From an uncultured Spirochaetota bacterium (lineage in GTDB: Bacteria > Spirochaetota > Spirochaetia > SZUA-6 > Fen-1364): a stretch of 64,000 nucleotides of DNA. The stretch lies in contig CAVTHO010000006.1 of the NCBI GenBank assembly GCA_963734545.1, positions 64,001 to 128,000 of the forward strand, read 5' to 3'. Shown here in pieces: positions 20,088 through 30,011 of this stretch. Position 1 is the first letter of the stretch. Every line of letters starts with the position of its first letter. The position numbers and the translations under genes were made by a program. Below the pieces are notes generated by a model. It had not been told where the DNA came from and ran no database searches. It saw nothing but the letters and a program-made list of their open reading frames with translations.

Positions 20088-20804
20088 CTATGCGGGCTCC
20101 AGGGTCAGGGTTCCGATGTCGAGGAGTTTGTCGCCGCGGATGTAGTCGTGGACGAAAAACTCTCCCGGAACCTTCATGGTCTTCTTGAACGTATAGGGCC
20201 GGTAACGGCCGTGCGCGAATCCGATGCGCATCTCCGCGCGGAAGCTGTCCGATTCTCCCATTTCGACCTGCGGCCAGAAGCTGAAGTAGCCCCGTGTCTG
20301 CTCGTTGGTCATGTAGGGATTGCGCCAGCCCGGCTCCGCGGGAACCGATACCTTGTCATTGACCCACAGAGTGGCCTCGGCGGCTATGACGGGCTTGCCG
20401 TCACCGGCATCCACCACCCGCCCGAAGATGTGCGGCATGTTGTAGTAATACGTCAGACGGGGCGTGCCATCTTCCGGGGACAGGGACGGCGCCGCGCGGC
20501 CCGCCCGTATCGGCGCGATGTCATGGCGTCTCTTTGCCACCACCTCTACCGCCCGGTTGACCAGGGTGATCAACTCGATGACGTTGATAAGCTTTTCCCC
20601 GTCATCGCCGTTGCCGTTGCCCGGCTGCACTACCTCACGGGTGAATCCGCGCTCGCTCGTGATGTACTTCGGCGGGATTCTGTTCAGCGCATAGGCGGCG
20701 ACATCGAGGATGAATGACCGTGTGAGGTGAATATCCTTCCTGTCTTTAAGGACGATCTTCACCGTGTCGAGGACAAGGTCCTCATTGTAGTTCTTCAGGC
20801 GCAT
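20088..20804 (-). CDS. ComFB family protein with C-terminal beta-sandwich domain
   Basis: LKNYNEDLV, LDVAAYALNRIPPKYITS ComFB signature; C-terminal IFGRVVD...T...GYFSFWP domain. Confidence 0.85.
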   Translation of the reverse strand: MRLKNYNEDLVLDTVKIVLKDRKDIHLTRSFILDVAAYALNRIPPKYITSERGFTREVVQPGNGNGDDGEKLINVIELITLVNRAVEVVAKRRHDIAPIRAGRAAPSLSPEDGTPRLTYYYNMPHIFGRVVDAGDGKPVIAAEATLWVNDKVSVPAEPGWRNPYMTNEQTRGYFSFWPQVEMGESDSFRAEMRIGFAHGRYRPYTFKKTMKVPGEFFVHDYIRGDKLLDIGTLTLEPA

Positions 20805-20944
20805 TGCGATCCCTTGTGTCCTTCCACGTACATTGTATCACGTTCCCCAATCGTGTACAGATCTTTTTGCAGATTCTGGATCTTTGCGTCCAGGGCCCTC
20901 CGTGTTGCCCGCCGGCCGTTCCCCGGCGTATACTTCGCCACACA

Positions 20945-21616
20945 ATGGAAGCGCGCGCACCTTCCCGAATTCGTGCCCTGATCTACGACTTCGACGATAC
21001 CATCGTGGAGAGTGAGCGAATCAATGACCGGCTCTTCTCCGAATTCCTGCGCAGCGAGCACGGCATAGATCTCAGCCGGGAGGAGCTGGACTACTTGTAC
21101 GGCTTTTCCTGGAGCGGGGTATTTGCGTGGCTGAGGGAGCATCGGGGGCTGCGTCCTGCCCGGGAGGAAGTCTGGCATCGATTTCTCGAAATCAAGCGGG
21201 AGTTCCTCCGCGGTACGAATCTGCGGGTGGCCACCGGGTTCCCCCAGATGCTCGCGCTCCCCGTTCCCCAGGCCATCGTGAGCGGGGCCACCCGTGAAGA
21301 GGTCCGGATGATGATGGACAATATTCACTTGCCCGCGGACTCGGTGAGCTTCATTCTCTGCGACGAGGACACCGACGCGGGAAAACCGGACCCGGAAGGC
21401 TTCCTTCGCGCCGTTGCCCGTCTCGGGGTCCCGGCGGCCGAGGCCCTGGCATTCGAAGACTCGCCCGCGGGCATCGAGGCGGCGCAGCGCGCCGGCATCG
21501 CGGTCGCATTCGTCGCGGAACTGGCCTCCCGCGACAACGCGAAGCTTGCGGACATGCGCTTCGGGAGCTTCCTGGACGCCTGGCAATGGGTGCACGCAAG
21601 GATCGGGGAGGCGTAG
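20945..21616 (+). CDS. HAD family phosphatase
   Basis: IYDFDDTIVES motif I, GKPDPEGF, FEDSPAGIEAA. Confidence 0.9.
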   Translation: MEARAPSRIRALIYDFDDTIVESERINDRLFSEFLRSEHGIDLSREELDYLYGFSWSGVFAWLREHRGLRPAREEVWHRFLEIKREFLRGTNLRVATGFPQMLALPVPQAIVSGATREEVRMMMDNIHLPADSVSFILCDEDTDAGKPDPEGFLRAVARLGVPAAEALAFEDSPAGIEAAQRAGIAVAFVAELASRDNAKLADMRFGSFLDAWQWVHARIGEA

Positions 21617-21620
21617 CGGC

Positions 21621-23150
21621 GTGAACCAGGGGGAGAAGCTTCCCGACAGGTACGAAATCCTTCGCGAGCTCGGCCGCGGAGGGGCAGGGGTCACCTACCT
21701 GGCGCGAGACACTCTCCTGGGGCGTGAAGTCGTGGTAAAGCTCCTTCATTTCGGGCTCCTGGAGGACTGGAAGGCGGTCGAGCTCTTCGAGAGAGAAGCC
21801 TCGGTTTTCAAGGGGCTGCATCACGAACGGATCCCCGCCTACGTGGATTTCTTCTCGACCGACGAGGAGGGAGTGCCCCGGTTCGTCCTTGTGCGCGAGT
21901 ACGTGGAGGGCGTGAGCCTCCAGGGACGGGTGGACGGCGGGTGGCGCGGGACAGAGGCGGAGATCTGCGACCTCGGCGTCCGGCTCGTGAGGATCATCGC
22001 CCATATCCATTCGGTCCGTCCGCCGGTCATCCACCGCGACATCAATCCCCGCAACATCATCGTGCGCGAAGACTCCGAGGTATTCCTCGTGGACTTCGGC
22101 GGCGTGCAGGACGCCATCCGGTTGTCCGCTGGAGCGACCTCGACTATGGTCGGCACTCCCGGCTATACCCCCATGGAGCAGTTCGTCGGCCGCGCCAGTG
22201 TCCGGTCAGACCTGTATGCCGCGGCCGCCACGCTGCTCTTTGTCCTCACGCACAGAAATCCCGCCGATCTCCCCCTCAAGGACATGAAGGTCGACTTTTC
22301 CTCGGTCATCCAGATCTCCTCCCCCGGACTCTCACGTGTGCTTTCCAACTGGCTCGAGCCCGACGAGAACAAGCGCTCTCTCAGCGAGCAGGATGCGATG
22401 GCGCTGCTGGAAGGAACGGGGTATCGCGCCGCCGTACCCGGCGGATTTGGGGGCGCCGCCGTACCCGGCGGATTCGGGAGCGCCGCCGCTACCCAGGAGG
22501 GGCCCGGGGCCCGGCCGCCGGGAAGCGTCCCCGATCGACCGCCGTACGGATCCCGGATATCCAGGGAGGTCATTGACGGAGTTGTCACGTTCCTCATGCC
22601 GGCGGGGGGAAGAGGGCGAGGGACGCCCATGTTCGGTTCTCTCTGGTTCTTCGTGCTGATGTTCGGGGGATTCTGGACCTCCTCGCGGGTCACTCTGGGA
22701 CGCCCGCTCATCGTCACCCTCATGTCGCTGCCGCTCCTGGCCGTGGGACTCAGCATGCTCTTCTGGACGTTCAACAAGGTGTTCGGCAGGCTGCGGATCG
22801 AAATCGGCAAGGAGGCAGTGACGTACACGCGCCGGCTGTTCTTCTTCTCCGTGCGGAGAAGCGTTCCGCTCTCGGACGTGGGTGAATGCAGGCTCGAGGA
22901 AGGCCGGCTCGGCGCCGACGTACGCGGCGGATTCGGCGGCGCCCGCGCCCGCAGCGACTGGGGCCGCGGATACGGCTTCGGGCCCCGTGCGCGCTTCCAC
23001 GATCGTGACATGATGGGATCGTCACGCAGGCTGAGTCTCGATGTCGGCGTCCGCACGCTGCGTTTTGGAGAGAGCCTTTCCTCCCGTGAACGCGAGTGGG
23101 TGCGCGAATCGATCAATGAGGCGCTGGGTAACGCGCGGAGACCGGTCTGA
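21621..23150 (+). CDS. Hanks-type Ser/Thr protein kinase with C-terminal membrane domain
   Basis: LGRGGAGVTY, VVVK, IHRDINPRNI, LVDFGG, GTPGYTPMEQ; two TM helices downstream. Confidence 0.93.
   Translation: MNQGEKLPDRYEILRELGRGGAGVTYLARDTLLGREVVVKLLHFGLLEDWKAVELFEREASVFKGLHHERIPAYVDFFSTDEEGVPRFVLVREYVEGVSLQGRVDGGWRGTEAEICDLGVRLVRIIAHIHSVRPPVIHRDINPRNIIVREDSEVFLVDFGGVQDAIRLSAGATSTMVGTPGYTPMEQFVGRASVRSDLYAAAATLLFVLTHRNPADLPLKDMKVDFSSVIQISSPGLSRVLSNWLEPDENKRSLSEQDAMALLEGTGYRAAVPGGFGGAAVPGGFGSAAATQEGPGARPPGSVPDRPPYGSRISREVIDGVVTFLMPAGGRGRGTPMFGSLWFFVLMFGGFWTSSRVTLGRPLIVTLMSLPLLAVGLSMLFWTFNKVFGRLRIEIGKEAVTYTRRLFFFSVRRSVPLSDVGECRLEEGRLGADVRGGFGGARARSDWGRGYGFGPRARFHDRDMMGSSRRLSLDVGVRTLRFGESLSSREREWVRESINEALGNARRPV
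22416..22488 (+). repeat. In-frame tandem copies (27 bp period) of the dispersed repeat inside the kinase linker
   Basis: gcgccgccgtacccggcggattYggg twice, translated as AAVPGGFGG AAVPGGFGS; matches the intergenic copy at 10499. Confidence 0.9.
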
Positions 23151-23349
23151 CGGGCGCGCGCGGAGTGCTCTGCGCCGGCGGGCGCGGGCGGAACGCGGGG
23201 CTCGAGAGGACGCTTCACGCATGCGCCGGTGTTCTATATGTATTGTATGAGATCACGGGCGCCGTCCAGCTCCGCGGGATACCGCGGAAGGGCTGTGCCT
23301 TGACAGGCCGAAATACACCCGCAATCATGCAGGAAACAAAGGAGAAGAG

Positions 23350-23880
23350 ATGAAAATGGTGTCACTCGTCGACGGCATCTTCTGGGGAGTGCTGCTCATC
23401 GTCGTGGGAGTGTGGTTCCTCGTGCGCCGGTACGTCCCATTCCACATACCTCTCATCCGCGTCATCATCGCGGTGATCTTCGTGTACATCGGAATTCGAG
23501 TTCTCGTCCGAGGCCCCGTCATCCAGGACAGGAACACAATGGTGTTCTCCGAGTCCTCCCTCCAGTGGTCACCGGCGCATGGCCGCGACTACAACGTGAT
23601 CTTCAGCAGCGGGACGGTCGACCTTTCCGGGGTCGCCCTTGCCGGGGAGACGATCCGCACGCAGGTGAACGTCATATTCGGAAGCGGGACCCTCCGCTTG
23701 AACCCGGCGATGCCGGTCAGGGTGAACATGTCTTCCGCGTTCGGCACGGTCGAGGCGCCCGGAGGCCGCTCGATCGCCTTCGGAGATTCCGTGTACACGA
23801 CCCCCTCGTACAAGGACGGCGCCCCTGCCCTGGAAGTCCATGCAACGGCGGTATTCGGGAGGCTGATGATCCTGCCCTGA
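23350..23880 (+). CDS. LiaF/DUF2154-like membrane-anchored protein
   Basis: IFWGVLLIVVG two-TM N-terminus; VIFSSGTVDLS, VIFGSG, SAFG and AVFG repeats. Confidence 0.75.
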   Translation: MKMVSLVDGIFWGVLLIVVGVWFLVRRYVPFHIPLIRVIIAVIFVYIGIRVLVRGPVIQDRNTMVFSESSLQWSPAHGRDYNVIFSSGTVDLSGVALAGETIRTQVNVIFGSGTLRLNPAMPVRVNMSSAFGTVEAPGGRSIAFGDSVYTTPSYKDGAPALEVHATAVFGRLMILP

Positions 23881-23975
23881 CGGACGGGTCGCGCGTGCAC
23901 GCGCCCCGTCCTCCGCACCCGACGCGCCCCTGTGCGACTGCCCGCTGAATGGGTACATTCCCTTCGGAGGCTCAG

Positions 23976-24503
23976 ATGAACGAAACCACCCCTGGCCGGC
24001 AGGAGCGGGCGACATTCGGCGGCGGGTGCTTCTGGTGCACGGAGGCGGTGCTCCAGCGGATCGACGGCGTGCTGTCCGTGCGTTCGGGGTATGCGGGAGG
24101 AACGAAATCAGATCCCACCTATGAAGAGGTGTGCACGGGGGAAACCGGCCACGCGGAGGTGATCCAGGTGGCATATGATCCCGGCAAGATCACCTTTGAC
24201 GAGATCCTCGACATATTCTGGCAGGCCCACGACCCGACCACGCTCAATCGGCAGGGGGCGGACACCGGCACGCAGTACCGTTCCATCATTCTCTATGCGG
24301 ACGAGGGGCAGAAGGCGGCGGCGGAGAAGTCGAAGAAACGCGCGCAATCGAAGTATCGCGATCCCATCGTCACCGAGATCAAGCCGCTCGAGAAATTCTG
24401 GGACGCTGAGGGCTACCATCAGAACTACTACAATGGCCACAAGTTCGAAGGGTACTGCAGGATGGTCATCTCTCCGAAGCTGAAAAAGCTGCACCTGGAC
24501 TGA
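23976..24503 (+). CDS. msrA: Peptide methionine (S)-sulfoxide reductase
   Basis: GGGCFWCTE, GYAGG, TGHAEV, HDPTTLNRQGAD.GTQYRS, AEGYHQNYY. Confidence 0.97.
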   Translation: MNETTPGRQERATFGGGCFWCTEAVLQRIDGVLSVRSGYAGGTKSDPTYEEVCTGETGHAEVIQVAYDPGKITFDEILDIFWQAHDPTTLNRQGADTGTQYRSIILYADEGQKAAAEKSKKRAQSKYRDPIVTEIKPLEKFWDAEGYHQNYYNGHKFEGYCRMVISPKLKKLHLD

Positions 24504-24562
24504 GCCGTCCCCACCCCGGCAGGCATTGTGGAACCGGAGGGTTTCTGGTAGCGTGGGCCACC

Positions 24563-25486
24563 ATGAACCCCCACGCCACGATGCGCGCGTCACCCCGCAC
24601 ACTGCCGCTGCTTGCCGTCTGGGGGACGGTTCTCTTCTGGGGTCTTTCGTTCGTGAGCTCGAAGACGATTCTGAACACCGGCGTGCCGCCGATGACCATG
24701 GTGTGCATCCGTTTCGTGATTGCCACCGTTATCCTGAACCTGTTCCTGCGCAAATTCGATCCCGCGGCGCGCCTGCGCGCGAAGGACATTCCCGCGCTCG
24801 CTGCCAGCGGACTCGTCGGAGTGACGATCTACTTCTTTTTCGAGTCACGCGGCATCAAGCTCACCTCCGCTTCTCATGCGTCCCTCATCATCGCCGTCAT
24901 TCCCGTGGTCACCGTGCTGGCCGAGGCTCTCTTTTTCCGCACACGCATCTCGTGGCTCTCTGCCGCAGGAGTCGCGCTCTCCGTGGTGGGTGTCGTGTTC
25001 GTCGTGCAGCGGCCCGGGACGGGCGCCGGGGCCGCTGTCTCTCTGGCAGGGGACTTGTTCATGTTCGGCGCCTGCGTGTCGTGGGTCGTCTACATCATCC
25101 TCAGCAAGAACCTGCACAAGCGGCTCTCCGAGATCGCCATTACCGCCTATCAGTCGTTGTTCGGGACCCTCTTCCTGGTCCCCCTCGCTCTCCTGGAGAT
25201 GCGGCAGTGGGTGCCCCTCACTCTCTCCGCAGGGCTCAACCTCGCCTATCTTGCCGTGTTCTGCTCGGCGCTCTCGAACTTCCTCTATGTATACGCGCTG
25301 TCGCGGCTCGGGCCGATCGCCGTCAGTCCGTTTGTCAATCTCATTCCCGTCGTGGGAGTCCTGGGCGGCGTGGTCCTCCTGGGGGAGGCAATCGGGTGGA
25401 GCCAGGTCCTCGGCGGGGTCGTCATCCTGGCAGGCGTTCTGATGGTAAGCCGGCAGCAACCGGCCGGACCGCCGATCGAAGGCTGA
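24563..25486 (+). CDS. DMT/EamA family transporter
   Basis: About 10 hydrophobic segments; FWGLSFV, RFVIA, NLIPVVGV...LLGE. Confidence 0.9.
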   Translation: MNPHATMRASPRTLPLLAVWGTVLFWGLSFVSSKTILNTGVPPMTMVCIRFVIATVILNLFLRKFDPAARLRAKDIPALAASGLVGVTIYFFFESRGIKLTSASHASLIIAVIPVVTVLAEALFFRTRISWLSAAGVALSVVGVVFVVQRPGTGAGAAVSLAGDLFMFGACVSWVVYIILSKNLHKRLSEIAITAYQSLFGTLFLVPLALLEMRQWVPLTLSAGLNLAYLAVFCSALSNFLYVYALSRLGPIAVSPFVNLIPVVGVLGGVVLLGEAIGWSQVLGGVVILAGVLMVSRQQPAGPPIEG

Positions 25487-26321
25487 GCAGCGAGCGCGCG
25501 GTCACGGCGACCAGGATGATGGCGCCTCCGGCAAGCGCGCGTGGTCCCGGCCGCTCGCCGATGACCAGGAAGACCCACAGGGGATTGAAGATCGGTTCGA
25601 TCACCGCGGTGAGAAGGGACTGCAGCGCGGTCACATGCTTCATGCCGTACGAGAGCAGGATCGAGGAGATCCCGATCTGGAAAATCCCGAGGAAGGCGAG
25701 ACCTCCCCAGCCGGCGAGACTCGGCCAGCTCGTCCACAGGAACGGGATGGACACGACGAAGGTGACGGCATGGCTGAGCAGGATCGACTCCAGGGACGAT
25801 CCGTCCTTCTGCGCGCGGAACGCGACGATGGCGCCGGCAAAAAACACCCCGCTCGCGATGGCCAGAAGGTTGCCCTGCATGCCGCCGAGAGAGAGCTTGT
25901 CCATGAAAAAAAGGACCATGCCCCCGACCACCACTGCAATCGTCACCCAGTCGAGGAACGAGGCTTTTTCCTTCAGGAATATCCACCCGAACACCGCGGC
26001 ATAGAGAGGCGCCGTGTACTGCAGAAGGATCGCGTTGGCAGCGGTGGTGAGCTTGTTTGCCGAGACAAATCCGATCATGCACCCCGCGTAGCACAAGGCT
26101 CCGGCGATCTGGGCGAATGACCACGTGAATCGCGGGCGGCGGATGTACACCAGGATGACGATTCCGCCGACAAGGCTGCGCACCCCGGCCAGGGCAAAGG
26201 GGTTCCACGAAACGATCTTGATGAACAGCCCGCCCGTGCTCCACAGCAAAGCGCAGAGGGCCACCGCGACGATGGCGCCGCCCCGGGTGCGCGCGGTCTC
26301 CGCCACAGGCGCTCCCCCCAT
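25422..26321 (-). CDS. DMT/EamA family transporter
   Basis: LWSTGGLFIK, ANKLTTAANAILLQYTAP, IEPIFNPLWVFL..GE; start uncertain. Confidence 0.88.
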   Translation of the reverse strand: MGGAPVAETARTRGGAIVAVALCALLWSTGGLFIKIVSWNPFALAGVRSLVGGIVILVYIRRPRFTWSFAQIAGALCYAGCMIGFVSANKLTTAANAILLQYTAPLYAAVFGWIFLKEKASFLDWVTIAVVVGGMVLFFMDKLSLGGMQGNLLAIASGVFFAGAIVAFRAQKDGSSLESILLSHAVTFVVSIPFLWTSWPSLAGWGGLAFLGIFQIGISSILLSYGMKHVTALQSLLTAVIEPIFNPLWVFLVIGERPGPRALAGGAIILVAVTARSLLSLRSAVRPVAAGLPSERLPG

Positions 26322-26371
26322 GACGCGGTCGGGAGCCGTGTCCCCGCGTCCCCGCGTCCGGGGCAGCCCCT

Positions 26372-26901
26372 CTATTTCCACCCGTTTCTTTCCCGCAGGC
26401 CGGCGATGTGCGCGATGTGGTGACGGCAGTGCCACGCATAATTCTGGAGCGTGCGGTCCAGCGACTGGAGACCGGACTCGGGGTGCCGGAAGGTGCGCGC
26501 AAAGTCTCCCGGCGTCAGGGAGGAGAGCAGCGCCGTCCATCGCCCGTGAAGCCCCTCCAGGAGAGCGAGGGAAAGTGCGATGTCGGCGGCCGCGGCATCC
26601 GCGGTCGCCGCCCACGCATCCTGGTCGTAGGGCTTGATCAGCGGATTGTCTTCCGTGAGGGCAAGCTTGAAACGCGCGAAGGAGTTCATGTGGCTGTCGG
26701 CCAGGTGATGCACCACCTGGCGTACGGTCCAGCCGCCGTCCCGGTAGGGGGTGTCCAGCTGCGCGGGGGAGAGCCCGTCCACTGCACGCCGCGCCTTGTG
26801 GGGGAGCTGCGGCGATCTCCCGGATGCAAGTCGCTCCTCTTTTCAGGCGTCACGTCCTTGTCGAAATGGAACCGTCCGATCGGATATTGAAGGTTTTCCA
26901 T
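26372..26901 (-). CDS. YfiT/BstA-like DinB-family thiol transferase (frameshifted in this sequence)
   Basis: LQYPIGRF in one frame, then LDTPYRDGGWTVRQVVHHLADSHMN and YAWHCRHHIAHI in another; shifts near 26790-26830. Confidence 0.85.
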
Positions 26902-27002
26902 GCCGTGAATGTATCTGATTGCGCGCGGTTCGAAAAGCGCGGTTCGGAAACTCAAATGCCGGCATCGTTGACACCGCCCCGGCAGGGCGTATATACAGAA
27001 AC

Positions 27003-28248
27003 ATGATCCGGATCAACGAGAACTATCGAAAAGCTCTCCTCCTCGTACCTGTTCAGCGAGGTGGGGCGGCGCGTGGCGGCTTTCCAGAAGGCGCATCCCG
27101 AGACCCCGGTGATCCGGCTCGGCATCGGGGACGTGACCCTTCCCCTCACCCCGGCCGTGCTCGCCGCGTTTCCACAAGGCCGTGGACGAGATGGGCAGCG
27201 AATCCACCTTCCACGGCTACGGCCCGGACCTCGGCTACGATTTCCTGCGCGCGCCGATAGCGGAGATCGACTACCGGGCGCGCGGGGCGGACATCAGCCC
27301 CGAGGAGATCGTCATCAGCGACGGCTCCAAGTGCGATACGGCCAACATCCAGGAGCTTTTCGCGCACGACCTTCACATCGCCATCCCGGATCCGGTCTAT
27401 CCCGTGTATGTCGATACGAACGTCATGGCGGGACGCACCGGTGCCGTTCCGGGACGGGCGATACGGCGCGCTGATCTATCTGGACTGCACGGAGGACAAC
27501 GGGTTTGTTCCCGATCCGCCGAAGTCACGGGTGGACCTCGTGTACCTCTGCTTCCCCAACAACCCCACGGGGGCAACGATCACCCGCGCGCAGCTCGAGG
27601 CCTGGGTGGAATACGCGCGGAAGAGCAAGGCGCTGATCCTGTACGATGCGGCGTACGTGTCGTTCATCCGCGATGAGACGCTTCCCCGATCGATCTACGA
27701 GATCCCCGGGGCGCGCGAGTGCGCAATCGAGTTCAGGAGCTTTTCCAAGACCGCGGGATTCACCGGCACGCGCTGCGCGTACACGGTGGTGCCCAGGACG
27801 TGCATGGCCTGGGATTCGTCGGGCACCGCGCATTCCCTGCATGCTCTCTGGAGCCGGCGGCAGGCCACGAAGTTCAACGGCGTTTCCTACCCCGTGCAGC
27901 GGGCTGCCGCGGCCGTCTACACGCCCGACGGGACAGAAGGAGACCCGCGGCCTCTCCGACTACTACCTGGGCAACGCGAAGATCATCCGGGAGAAGCTTG
28001 CCGGCATGGGGTTCGCCTGCACCGGCGGGGAAAACTCCCCGTATATCTGGGCGAAAGTCGGCACGGATTCGTGGAAGTTCTTCGACGTTCTCCTGGAAAA
28101 GGCGGGCGTGGTGGTCACGCCGGGCAGCGGGTTCGGCCAGTGCGGCGACGGCTATGTCCGCATCAGCGCGTTCAACAAGAAGGACAAGGTGGAGCAAGCC
28201 ATGCGGCAGATGGCTGCCGTGGCGGGCGAGCTGAAAAACCTGGCATAG
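27003..28248 (+). CDS. dapL: LL-diaminopimelate aminotransferase (several frameshifts, probably sequencing errors)
   Basis: [71 protein letters not shown] spread over successive frames. Confidence 0.93.
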
Positions 28249-28254
28249 CGCCTC

Positions 28255-28977
28255 CTACAGCATGTGTCTCATCTTCTGCTTTTTCACGTCCAGGTAGCCC
28301 CGGTCATGATGGTTGGCGGGGATAACGATGGGGATCCTGTCCACCACGTTGATTCCCTCCGCGGTCAATTGCTCGATCTTGTCGGGATTGTTGGTGAGAA
28401 GCGCCACGGAGCGGATCTTCAGCAGCTTGATCATCTTGGCCGCCACCTTGTAGTCCCGCGCGTCCACCGGCAGGTCCAGGTACTGATTGGCCTCCACGGT
28501 GTCCAGCCCGAGCTCCTGCAGCTCGTACGCCCTGATCTTGTTGAGAAGCCCGATGCCCCGCCCTTCCTGCTTGAGGTAGATCACCACCCCGCACTCCTGG
28601 GCGGACACGTAGCGCATGGCTGCTTCGAGCTGGTCACGGCAATCGCAGCGCAGCGATCCCCAGACGTCGCCCGTGTGGCATTCCGAGTGCACCCGCAGAG
28701 GAACGCTGTCGCAGTCCTCCACGTTCCCCTTGACCATGGCCGTGTGCTCCTTGCCTTCCCGGTTGTCGTAGAATCCATACAGGGTGAATGTCCCGAACCG
28801 GGTGGGAAGGCTGGCCTTTGCCGCGAGCTGCACGCAGAGCGCGTTGTCGATGCAGTATTCTCCCACGCCCTTGCAATAGCATTCCTCGAGGACAAAGTTC
28901 GGCTTTCCGGTCATTTTTGCTGTGAGCTCTTCTTTTGAAATGGTACGTTTGGAACTCGTGTCTATGGCTCCGGCCAT
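28255..28977 (-). CDS. ribA: GTP cyclohydrolase II with N-terminal extension
   Basis: [48 protein letters not shown]. Confidence 0.95.
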   Translation of the reverse strand: MAGAIDTSSKRTISKEELTAKMTGKPNFVLEECYCKGVGEYCIDNALCVQLAAKASLPTRFGTFTLYGFYDNREGKEHTAMVKGNVEDCDSVPLRVHSECHTGDVWGSLRCDCRDQLEAAMRYVSAQECGVVIYLKQEGRGIGLLNKIRAYELQELGLDTVEANQYLDLPVDARDYKVAAKMIKLLKIRSVALLTNNPDKIEQLTAEGINVVDRIPIVIPANHHDRGYLDVKKQKMRHML

Positions 28978-29100
28978 TTTGCAATTCCTTTCCGGCAGAC
29001 TTCGGCCCGATTCTAAGTTAGTGCTCCACGGGTGCTCCGTCAAATTCGCGAGAAGATTCGCGGTTGACGCTTCCCTGCTTCTTTCATAGACTCCGACGCC

Positions 29101-29575
29101 ATGATACCGGAAAAGGTGAGCAGGATTCTCGAAGCGAATGGCCTGGCCGCCATCGAGTTCGCGCCGGGGAGCACCGCCACCTCCGTGCTCGCCGCGCAGC
29201 AACTGGGTGTCGCGGTGGGGCAGATCGCCAAGTCCCTGTTGTTCAACGGCAAGGACGGGAAGTTCTTCATGGTGGTGTGTCCCGGGGACCGCAGGCTCTC
29301 CACTGCGAAGGTGAAAGCGGTCACGGGCGTCAAGTCGCGGATGGCGACGGCGGAAGAGGCTCTTGGCGCGACGGGATTCGGTCCCGGCGGCGTCTGCCCG
29401 TTCGGCATCGACGCCGGCATAAGCGATCTTCATCGACAGGAGCCTCTCGGAGTACGCCACGATCTATCCCGCAGCAGGGACCGATTCTTCCGGTGTGCCG
29501 ATGACATTCGACCGCCTGGTGGCGATTACCGGCGGCACGGTGGGAGATTTCCTGGCGGAAAGCGCCGAAGCATAG
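29101..29575 (+). CDS. YbaK/EbsC family trans-editing protein (frameshift near 29425)
   Basis: QIAKSLLF, TGFGPGGVCPFG, then FIDRSL...IYPAAG in the next frame ending TAG at 29575. The apparent fusion to OsmC is caused by the shift. Confidence 0.85.
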
Positions 29576-29589
29576 CAGGAGGGATGCAC

Positions 29590-30009
29590 ATGGACGCAAC
29601 CGTGGTCTGGAAAAAGGGCCTCAGCTTCGACGGCACGGGTCACACGAGCGGCTTCACCCTTCCGCTGGGGGCAGATCCATCCGGGGGCGGTGACAACGAC
29701 GGGTTCCGTCCGACCGAGCTCCTCCTGGTGGGGCTTGCCGGCTGTACGGCAATGGACGTCATCTCCATTCTTTCGAAGAAGCGGCAGAATGTCACCGGTT
29801 TCGAGGTGAAGGCTCACGGCGAGCGCGCGCCGCAGGATCCGAAGCGCTTCACCAGCTTCCTGGTGGAATACGTGGTGAGAGGCGAGGGGATCGATCCCGC
29901 CGCAGTGGAGCGGGCCGTGGAGCTCAGCGAGACCAAGTACTGCTCCGTCATGGCTACCCTGCGTTTCGCAGGTCCCGTCGAGAGGAAAATCACGATTCTC
30001 GGGGCGTAG
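29590..30009 (+). CDS. OsmC/YhfA family protein
   Basis: GFRPTELLLVGLAGCTAMDV and AVELSETKYCSV two-Cys motifs; own RBS. Confidence 0.92.
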   Translation: MDATVVWKKGLSFDGTGHTSGFTLPLGADPSGGGDNDGFRPTELLLVGLAGCTAMDVISILSKKRQNVTGFEVKAHGERAPQDPKRFTSFLVEYVVRGEGIDPAAVERAVELSETKYCSVMATLRFAGPVERKITILGA

Positions 30010-30011
30010 GC

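Noticed and set aside
25422-25486. 65 bp 3' overlap of two convergent EamA genes as antisense regulation
   Set aside because: Short tail overlaps are common in GC-rich genomes and nothing else supports a regulatory role.
29101-30009. YbaK-OsmC fusion protein
   Set aside because: Created by a frameshift near 29425. YbaK ends at TAG 29575 in the corrected frame and OsmC has its own RBS and start.
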